Shown here: positions 51,943 through 64,000 of the stretch, one piece after another | Numbering within the stretch: the stretch's first letter is position 1 | Layout: each line of letters opens with the position of its first letter | Assembly: GCA_040218735.1 (NCBI GenBank) | Contig: JAVJQW010000049.1 | Location: 192,001-256,000, forward strand | Origin: Deltaproteobacteria bacterium | GTDB lineage: Bacteria > Myxococcota > Kuafuiibacteriia > Kuafuiibacteriales > Kuafuiibacteriaceae | DNA: 64,000 nucleotides | Direction of reading: 5' to 3' | Translations under genes and position numbers: made by a program | Notes under the pieces: model-generated | The model's database searches: none | The model's input: only the letters and a program-made list of their open reading frames with translations | Told to the model about the DNA's origin: nothing

Positions 51943-53874
51943 ATGAAGACCGGTGCTGCATTCGTAGGTTTCCTCTTTTCCGCAGGAGTCGGATTTGCCG
52001 TCGGCTGGGCCGTCGGCTCCGGTTCGGGCGGCCCGTCCGGTGGTGGCGGCGGTACGATGGCGCCCGGCGCCAAGGCCGCAGACGCCTCGGCCCTCCCGGT
52101 CGGTGACTCCTACGTCAAGGGTCCCAACGACGCCCTCGTGACGCTGATCGAGTTCTCGGACTTCGAGTGCCCGTTCTGCTCGCGCGTGAACCCCACGATC
52201 AAGCAGATCCAGGACACGTACGGCAAAGACGTCCGGATCGTGTTCAAGCACAACCCCCTGCCGTTCCATAAGAACGCGCCGCTCGCGTCCGAGTACGCGC
52301 TCGCCGCGGGTGAGCAGGGCAAGTTCTGGGAGATGCACGACAAGCTGTTCGCCAACCAAAAGGCGCTGCTCGAGCCGCAGCTCAAGGAGTACGCGGCGCA
52401 GCTCGGCCTCGACCAGGCCAAGATCGACGCGTTCATCGCGAGCGGGAAGGGCAAGAAGGCCATCGCGGATGACCAGGCTCTCGCGTCGAAGGTCGGCGCG
52501 CGCGGTACGCCGAACTTCTTCGTCAACGGTGCGCAGGTCACGGGCGCGCAGCCCTTCGACAACTTCAAGAAGGTGATCGACGAGCAGATCGCGATCGCGA
52601 AGAAGAAGGTCGCCGCCGGCACGCCGCGCGACAAGGTCTACGCGGCCGTCCTCGCGGAGAACCCGCCGAAACCCGCGCCGCCGCCGCAGCGCCCGCAGGC
52701 CCCGCCGGCGACCCGTCAGAAGGTCTCGCTCTCGGACGCGACGCCCCAAAAGGGCGGCAAGATGCCGCTCGTCACGATCGTGGAGTTCTCGGACTTCGAG
52801 TGCCCCTTCTGCTCTCGGGTGAACCCGACGCTCGCGCAGGTGATGAAGGAGTACGGCGACAAGGTGCAGATTCGCTTCCGTCACCAGCCGCTGCCGTTCC
52901 ACAAGCGCGCGATGCCCGCCGCCAAGGCGTCCCTCGCGGCGCACAAGCAGGGCAAGTTCTGGGAGATGCACGACAAGCTGTTCGCCAACCAGAAGGCGCT
53001 CCAGGACGCGGACCTCGAGAAGTACGCCAAGGAGATCGGCCTCAACGTCACGCGCTTCAAGGCGGACATGAACAGCGACGCGATCACCAAGCAGGTCGCG
53101 GCCGACCAGGCCGACGCCGGCAAGTGGGGCGCGCGCGGTACGCCGACGCTCTTCGTCAACGGCGTCCCGGTGCGCGGCGCGCAGCCGTTCGCGGCGTTCA
53201 AGACGGTCATCGACAAGGAGATCGAGCTCGCCAACAAGCTCCTCAAGGAGGGTGTGAAGAAGGCGGACCTGCACGCGGAGATCATCAAGCGTGAGGCCGG
53301 CAAGGAGGTCGCGGGCGCCGCGCCCGGCGCCGCGAAGCCGGCCGCCCCGGCGAAGCCGCAGGACGTGAAGCTCGGCCGCGCGCCGATCGTCGGCAACAAG
53401 AACGCGCCGGTGAAGGTCGTCCTCTGGTCGGACTTCGAGTGCCCCTTCTGTGGCCGCGTGAACCCCTCGATCGAGCAGATCAAGAAGGAGTACGGCAACA
53501 AGGTGGTCGTCGCGTTCAAGCACTTCCCGCTGCCGTTCCACAAGAACGCGACCCCGGCGGCCGTGGCGTCCCTCGCGGCGCACCGTCAGGGCAAGTTCTG
53601 GGAGATGCACGACAAGCTCTTCGAGAACCAGCGTGCGCTGCAGCGCACCGACCTCGAGCGCTACGCCGAGGAGCTCGGGCTGGACATGGCCAAGTTCAAG
53701 AAGGACATGGACGATCCGGAGCTCGAGGCCTGGGTGAAGGCCGATATGGCCGAGGGCTCCAAGGTGGGTGTGAACGGCACGCCGGCCACGTACATCAACG
53801 GCCGCAAGGTCTCCGGCGCCCAGCCGTTCCCGGCCTTCAAGGCCATCATCGACGAAGAGCTCAAGAAGGGCTGA
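51943..53874 (+). CDS. Triple DsbA/thioredoxin-fold protein
   Basis: Three SDFECPFC sites, three QGKFWEMHDKLF, three GTP cis-Pro loops. N-terminal hydrophobic segment and AGGAG RBS. Confidence 0.9.
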   Translation: MKTGAAFVGFLFSAGVGFAVGWAVGSGSGGPSGGGGGTMAPGAKAADASALPVGDSYVKGPNDALVTLIEFSDFECPFCSRVNPTIKQIQDTYGKDVRIVFKHNPLPFHKNAPLASEYALAAGEQGKFWEMHDKLFANQKALLEPQLKEYAAQLGLDQAKIDAFIASGKGKKAIADDQALASKVGARGTPNFFVNGAQVTGAQPFDNFKKVIDEQIAIAKKKVAAGTPRDKVYAAVLAENPPKPAPPPQRPQAPPATRQKVSLSDATPQKGGKMPLVTIVEFSDFECPFCSRVNPTLAQVMKEYGDKVQIRFRHQPLPFHKRAMPAAKASLAAHKQGKFWEMHDKLFANQKALQDADLEKYAKEIGLNVTRFKADMNSDAITKQVAADQADAGKWGARGTPTLFVNGVPVRGAQPFAAFKTVIDKEIELANKLLKEGVKKADLHAEIIKREAGKEVAGAAPGAAKPAAPAKPQDVKLGRAPIVGNKNAPVKVVLWSDFECPFCGRVNPSIEQIKKEYGNKVVVAFKHFPLPFHKNATPAAVASLAAHRQGKFWEMHDKLFENQRALQRTDLERYAEELGLDMAKFKKDMDDPELEAWVKADMAEGSKVGVNGTPATYINGRKVSGAQPFPAFKAIIDEELKKG

Positions 53875-53943
53875 ATCGTCGGTCCCCCCGACATGTGACC
53901 GAGCCCCCCTTGTTCATCGGGGGCGCGCGCCGATAGAGTAACG

Positions 53944-54318
53944 TTGCGGATGTCTCGGCAGCGCGCTTGGTTCTTGTCGCCGTCCATCGCGACGGCGGTC
54001 TTCTTCGTCGCTCAGGCCGTCGCCTCGTTCTCATCGAACGAGGCGTCGTCGACCATCGCCGCGGCCGCCGCGGACGCGCCGACCGCTGCGCCGGTCGAGG
54101 TGCGCGTCGTCGCCGAGATTCACGCGCTGGAGCACGTGACGCAGGCGGCGAGGGCGGTGCCGGCGACGGAAGAGGCCCTGTTCGAGATGATCGAGCGGGA
54201 CGGCGCCGTCATCTTCGACTCGGAGGAGGTCGACGTCGTCGCGATCCCCGAGCAGCAGTTCGGCTCCGACGAGGCCTTGGTCATCCGCGCGCGTGCGCGG
54301 CTCGTCGATCCCCGCTGA
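53944..54318 (+). CDS. Hypothetical exported/membrane-anchored protein
   Basis: Fills the gap before the tRNA, has an N-terminal hydrophobic stretch and GC3-rich codons. No family recognised. Confidence 0.45.
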   Translation: MRMSRQRAWFLSPSIATAVFFVAQAVASFSSNEASSTIAAAAADAPTAAPVEVRVVAEIHALEHVTQAARAVPATEEALFEMIERDGAVIFDSEEVDVVAIPEQQFGSDEALVIRARARLVDPR

Positions 54319-54379
54319 CGGTTGACCGCGCGGAGTCTTGACCGCGCCCCAAAAATCGGTGCACGAGAGCGACACCCGA

Positions 54380-54462
54380 GCCCGGGTGGCGGAATGGTAG
54401 ACGCGGCGGATTCAAAATCCGCTTTTCGAAAGGGAGTGTGGGTTCAAGTCCCTCCCCGGGCA
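54380..54462 (+). tRNA. tRNA-Leu (anticodon CAA), CCA not encoded
   Basis: Acceptor GCCCGGG/CCCGGGC-A, D-arm GCGGAATGGTAGACGC, anticodon arm GCGGA-TTCAAAA-TCCGC, long variable arm, T-loop TTCAAGT. Confidence 0.95.
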
Positions 54463-54476
54463 TCAAGCCGAGGCGG

Positions 54477-58207
<3,731 letters not shown>

Positions 58208-58211
<4 letters not shown>

Positions 58212-59152
58212 GTTCGGGTCCTCTTGCGGGTGGCGTAGAGCGTGATCACGTCGAAGTGCGGAGCACGTCTCTCGGTGTGGCTCACCGCGAGGTGCTCGAC
58301 TTCGAAATCGGCTGCGGCGAGGAGAGTTTCGAGCGCTTCGGGCTCGAATCCCAGATTTTGGTGATCGTAGGCCGCGACGGCGCTGGTGTGCGCGTGCGCC
58401 GCGAGGGTGACGGCGACGAGGCGGGCCCCGTCGCGGGCGACGCGCGCGCACTCGGCGAGCACACGCGCGGGTTCGGTGGCGTAGGTGAGCGCGTTGAGCG
58501 CGAGGACTTGGTCGAAGCTCGCGTCTTCGAAGGGGAGGGCGTGCATGTCGCCCTTCACGAAGCGGACGTGGTCGAAGCGCGCGAGGCGCCGCGTGCCGGC
58601 CTGGGTGACCTCTTCGCTCATGTCGAGGCAGGTCAGCGATCGTGCGCGCGGCGCGACGAGCTCGGCGAGGGCGCCGTCGCCCGAGGCGAGATCGAGGACG
58701 TCGCCGAGCTGCGCGAGCCCGATGAACGCCCGCGCGGTCGACTGCCAGGTGCGGCCGGGGGAGTAGTGCCGCTCCATGTGGCCGGCGACGGTGTCCGCCC
58801 ACGTGCCGCCCCGCTCGCGCGCCGCGAGGGCCTCCTCGAGGCGCCGCTGGTCGACGGCGAGCAGCGGGTCGTCGAGCCGATCGCGAATCGAGCGCCAGAA
58901 CTGGCGCGTGTCCTCGGCCATCCTCTCTTCGCTCGCGGCGTACAGCGTGACCGACTTGCTCTTGCGCGCCTGCACGAGGCCGGCGTCCTTCAGGCGGCCC
59001 AGGTGCGTCGAGACCCGCGACTGCGTGAGCCCCGTGATCCGCACGAGCTCGGCGACGGTCAGCGGCGTGGCCGTCAGCAGGTGCAGCAGCCGCACGCGCG
59101 AAGTGTCCGAGAGCGCGCGGCAGAGCGCGTTGGTGGCTTCGAGCGTGGGCAT
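58208..59152 (-). CDS. ArsR-HTH + SAM-binding methyltransferase-domain regulator (SahR/SamR type)
   Basis: [11 protein letters not shown]...[44 protein letters not shown]. Directly coupled to metH. Confidence 0.85.
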
Positions 59153-59161
59153 CGGACGCAT

Positions 59162-59187
59162 AATCTGCTTATCCGGATAAGCAGATT
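59162..59187. promoter_or_regulatory. Perfect 26-bp palindrome, candidate operator of the ArsR-metH operon
   Basis: AATCTGCTTATCC|GGATAAGCAGATT, lying just downstream (minus-strand sense) of a TACTCT -10 at 59196-59191. Confidence 0.75.
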
Positions 59188-59235
59188 CGAAGAGTAGGCC
59201 ACCGACGGCGCCCTGCGTCAAGGGGGGGGCGGATC

Positions 59236-60968
59236 TCAGCGTTGGAGCGCGCGGCGCACGGCGGCGACGAGGTCGTCCGGCGCGCCGGAGAGGACGGTGG
59301 GGCCGTCGCCGTCGCGGTCGAAGATCCACAGCACGGGGAGCTGCCGCGCGGACGCGAGGTGCTCACGCGCGACGGGGTGGTCGAAGCTCGGGACCTCCAC
59401 CCGCTTCACGAGCAGGTCGGCGTTCGAATCCGCGAGGGCTCGCAGCCGTCGGTCGAGGTCGTGGCAGGGCGCGCACCACTCCGCCCAGAAGTCGACGACG
59501 GTGACACGCGCGCGGACGGCGACGGTCGCGCGGTCGAAGGTGGCGCCGCCGATTGTGAGGTCGCAGACCCCACGGGAGCCGCAGGCCACCGGCCGGGGCT
59601 CCCGCCCGGTCCGGGTCCCGGTTCCGGTCCGGGTCCCGGAACTGGATCTGGGCACGGACTTCGAACCGGACGCGGACGCGGGCCGCGCATCGGGCTCGAG
59701 CTCGGCACCGGAACCGGGCACGGGCTTCGACCCGGACTCGGATGCGGACTCGGCCTCGGATGCGGACTCGGGCGCGGACTCGGCCTCGGATGCGGACTCG
59801 GATGCGGCCTCGGATGCGGACTCGGCTGCGGACTCGGACGCGGCCGCGGATGCGGACTCGGCCTCGGATGCGGACTCGGCCTCGGACTCGGACTCGGACT
59901 CGGATGCGGACCCGGAGTCGGATGGGGCGCCGCGATGGGGAATCACATCCCCATGCTCATGCGCGTCCCCATGCTCATGCGCGTCCCCATGGTCATGGTC
60001 ATGCCCGTGCTCGTCCGCCTCCGCGCCCCCGAAGGCCACCACCACCGCGGCGCCCACCGTGAAGCGCTCCGACACCTGCGGCCCGTTCACGTCGCGCCAC
60101 ATCGGGAGGCGTCCGTTCACGGCCACGGTCACCCGCTCGTGCACGCGCTGGCTCACGCCGGCGGCGAGCGCCACGATCGTGCCGCCCGAGCGCAGCACCG
60201 TGCCGACCTCCAGCTCCACGGCGCGGCCGCGCGTGGTGCCGTTGATGTCGAGGGACAGCGCCGTGTCGCCGAGGAGCACCAGGCCGCCGGCGCCGTAGCT
60301 GAAGCTGCTCGGGAGCTGCAGCGCGCCCGCCGTCGCGGTCAGCGGCGCGCGCAGGGCGACGTTGCCGCGCAGCGCGAAGCGTTTGTGGACGAACTGCGTC
60401 GCGAACAGCCCGGCGTCCGCCGAGAACGTGCCCGTCCCGACGGAGAGCTGGCTCGGCGCGACGCCGAGGACCCGCAGGGTCTCGGTTCGCCCCGTCGGCA
60501 GCCCGACGCCGAGCGCGAGCGTGACGCTCGGCGTGTACCCGCCGGGCCCCAGCAGCGCCGCGAAGTCGTACCGCCCCGACAGGCGCAGGTCCCCGAAGCC
60601 CGTCGAGCGCGCGGCCGGCGTTCGGTTCGCGCGATAGCGCACCATCCCCGCCGGGAGCTCGGCCTCGACCGACCAGCCCTCGCCGAAGAAGTGCCGCACG
60701 CCCAAGACCGCCACCGAGGACACGACGTTGGCGTTCGCCGGGTCGTCCACGCGAGACGAGCCGTCGAACGAGTCGGGCAGGGTGGAGTAGGCCCACCGCA
60801 ACCCAACTTGCGTCAGATCCTCGGGCAGCGCCTTACGCGTGCCGAGCGCGAGATCGAATGCGGACCCCCCGACCGGGAGGTTGGGGTTCGTTCACGACGC
60901 TCACTGGCCGAACGCCACCGTGGACCACACGAGGAACCACGGCAGCGTCAGCCCGAGAAGGAGCCACC

Positions 60969-60972
<4 letters not shown>
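59236..60972 (-). CDS. Candidate selenoprotein: signal peptide + UxxU + putative outer-membrane beta-barrel + His-rich tract + acidic linker + thioredoxin (WCAPC)
   Basis: TTG at 60972 overlaps the cbs stop and gives MRWLLLGLTLPWFLVWSTVAFGQ*AS*TNPNLPVGG..., continuing in frame into the 59236..60801 track ORF. TGAs are at 60903-60901 and 60894-60892. Confidence 0.72.
59733..60016 (-). repeat. Coding low-complexity repeats (Ser/Ala/Glu 6- and 18-nt repeats; 18-nt His-rich repeat)
   Basis: Iterated CGGACT/CGGATG/CGGCCT units at about 59733-59923, and TCCCCATGCTCATGCGCG tandem copies from 59948 (encoding HGDAHE). Confidence 0.85.
60864..60881 (-). promoter_or_regulatory. Candidate bacterial SECIS hairpin
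   Basis: mRNA ACCUCCC-GGUC-GGGGGGU, a 7-bp stem with one G-U pair. The loop begins 17 nt after the second UGA and 26 nt after the first. Confidence 0.6.
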
Positions 60973-62329
<1,357 letters not shown>

Positions 62330-62333
<4 letters not shown>

Positions 62334-62770
62334 CGCGCGGGGTCTAGCACGAGGACACGTTCGAGGCACTCGCGCATCGACGCGCCGAGCGGTTTGGGAC
62401 GGCGCGTCACGCGGTCGACGTAGACGTGGATGAAACGCCCGTCCGCCGCCGCCGTATCCGCGCCGGCGCGGAACACACCGACCTCGTAATGCACGCTGCT
62501 GTTCCCGATCCGCGTGACCCGCACGCCGACGTCCACGGATTCGGGGAACGCGACGGGTTCGTGGTAGCGGCACGACGTCTCGACCACGAGCCCGATCGAA
62601 TCCCCCTCGTGGATGTCGAGCACCCCCTCCTCGATCAGGTAGCGGTTCACCGCCGTGTCGAAGAACGCGTAGTACACGACGTTGTTGACGTGCCCGTAGA
62701 CGTCGTTGTCGGCCCACCGCGTCGCGACGGTCGTGAACCAGCGGTAGCTGTCCCGCGTCGGTCGCATCAC
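62330..62770 (-). CDS. Acyl-CoA thioesterase (4HBT/hotdog family)
   Basis: [42 protein letters not shown]. Confidence 0.9.
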
Positions 62771-64000
62771 CAGATCCTCATGGCCGCTTCGAACAGCTCA
62801 GCGAGGGTGTCGGCCGTGACCTCGATCGGCGCGTTGTCGAGGAGGCGGCGCTGCACGATCGCGCCGTTCGTCAGCGCGGGGACGTCGTCCGTCGCGTAGC
62901 CGAGCGCCCCGAGGCCGTTCGGCATCGCCGCGTCGCGCATCAGCTCGCCCAACCGCGCGGCGAGCGCGGCCCCGGCGTCGTCGTCGTCGCTCGCGACGCC
63001 GCCCAACAGACGCGCGGCTTCGCGGTGACGATCGGGGGAGGTCACGGCGGTGCTCGCGAAGGTCGCCGGAGCGTTCACCACCACGGAGATCCCGTGCGGC
63101 ACCATCGCCTCGTCGGCGTCGTAGTCCGGCGGCCGGTAGTCGCGCACCAGACCCGCGACGGCGTAGGCCATTCCGTGCGGGATGTGCACGCCCGCGTTCC
63201 CGAACGCGATGCCCGCGAGCGTCGCCGCCCACATCATCTGCGCGCGTGCTTCGACGTCGTTCCCGTCGCGCACCGCCCGCACGAGGTACGCGCCCGTGAG
63301 CCGCAGCGCTTCGCGCGCGCCGACGTCGCTCCACGGGTTGGCGCCCTGGCTCATCGGCCGTGCGCCCTTCTTGCGCGCGGTGAACGGACGTGCCGTGAAC
63401 GACTCGAGCGCGTGGCACAACACGTCGAAGCCGCTCGCCGCCACGACCGTCGCGGGGAGCGTCCGCGTCGTGTCGGGGTCCACCAACGCGCGGTTCGGTT
63501 TGAGGAACCGCGACGCGATTCCGGTCTTCGCCTCCAGCGGGAGGTGATCGAACACCGCGATCCCCGTGCACTCGCTCCCCGTGCCGCTCGTGGTCGGGCA
63601 GGCGAGGTGCGGCTTCAGCGGGCCGGGCACCGCGCGGCCCTCACCGACCGGCGCGTTCACGTACGCCTCGAAGGGCGCGGGGTGCGTCGCGTAGAGGTTG
63701 GCGGCCTTGGCGGTGTCGATCACCGAGCCGCCGCCGACCGAGACGAAGCCGTCGAAGCGCCCCTCGGTCGCGAACTCGGCGGCCCGCACGAACGACGTGT
63801 TCGTGGGCTCGACGCGGACCTCGTCGTAGACCACCGCGTCGACGCCGGCGCTTCGCAAGCTGGCTTGCACCTTGTCGACGTGCGGGGTGTCGACGAGGCG
63901 GACGTCCGTGAACAGCGCGACCCGGGTCATGCCGAGCGCACGGGCGACGTCACCGGCTTCGCCGAGCGCGCCGTGGCCGAAGGTGAGGGCGTTGGTGTCG
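62767..64000 (-). CDS. Hydroxyacid-oxoacid transhydrogenase-like iron-containing alcohol dehydrogenase (5' end beyond the window)
   Basis: [48 protein letters not shown]. The frame stays open to the window edge. Confidence 0.88.
   Translation of the reverse strand, partial: DTNALTFGHGALGEAGDVARALGMTRVALFTDVRLVDTPHVDKVQASLRSAGVDAVVYDEVRVEPTNTSFVRAAEFATEGRFDGFVSVGGGSVIDTAKAANLYATHPAPFEAYVNAPVGEGRAVPGPLKPHLACPTTSGTGSECTGIAVFDHLPLEAKTGIASRFLKPNRALVDPDTTRTLPATVVAASGFDVLCHALESFTARPFTARKKGARPMSQGANPWSDVGAREALRLTGAYLVRAVRDGNDVEARAQMMWAATLAGIAFGNAGVHIPHGMAYAVAGLVRDYRPPDYDADEAMVPHGISVVVNAPATFASTAVTSPDRHREAARLLGGVASDDDDAGAALAARLGELMRDAAMPNGLGALGYATDDVPALTNGAIVQRRLLDNAPIEVTADTLAELFEAAMRIW

Noticed and set aside
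54322-54347. TTGACCGCGC direct repeat upstream of the tRNA
   Set aside because: There are only two 10-bp copies and no convincing -10 at the proper spacing, so it cannot be distinguished from chance.
54380-54476. tRNA-Leu as an integration site, or as tRNA-Sec
   Set aside because: There is no integrase or duplicated tRNA 3' end, and metH ends 14 nt away. The anticodon is CAA with a normal 7-bp acceptor stem, not UCA.
59724-60062. MRTR-repeat and GLGCG-repeat ORFs on the plus strand
   Set aside because: They are alternative-frame readings of the Ser/Ala/Glu linker repeat of the minus-strand gene.
60892-60903. Genome-wide UGA reassignment (Trp/Gly) as the explanation for the in-frame TGAs
   Set aside because: TGA terminates many conserved genes here at their expected ends (frr, uppS, lon, dnaK, metH), so UGA is a normal stop and any readthrough must be local.

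Overview
High-GC bacterial chromosome segment, most consistent with Myxococcota (MglA-family GTPase, MYXO-CTERM protein, multi-DsbA protein, pyrH-frr-uppS-cdsA-rseP-tsaB and asd-like/truA/rplM/rpsI order). It holds about 48 CDS, mostly housekeeping (ppk1, DinG/YoaA helicase, lon, pyrD, pyrH, frr, uppS, cdsA, rseP, tsaB, truA, rplM, rpsI, lipA, dnaK, metH, cbs), and one tRNA-Leu(CAA). I saw no CRISPR array, transposase, integrase or prophage. The main finding is a gene the ORF track truncates. On the minus strand, 60972..59236 reads from a TTG overlapping the cbs stop as a signal peptide followed by Q-TGA-A-S-TGA-T-N-P. These two in-frame UGA codons sit in CxxC spacing, with a bacterial SECIS-like hairpin (GGUC loop) just downstream. 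It is a candidate double-selenocysteine (UxxU) exported protein with a predicted beta-barrel, His-rich tract, acidic linker and C-terminal thioredoxin, lying between cbs and a SahR-type regulator/metH pair. Other items of note: an in-frame fusion of a CFI-box-CTERM surface protein to an outer-membrane barrel that keeps an internal signal peptide; a flavin-binding/GAF/wHTH regulator with an 11-bp-phased repeat array before a diheme cytochrome c; an MglB-less MglA paralog coupled to a PocR kinase; mirror-image divergent promoters; a perfect 26-bp palindrome upstream of sahR-metH; and signs of leaderless genes. All family calls are by-eye motif recognition, and no database search was run.
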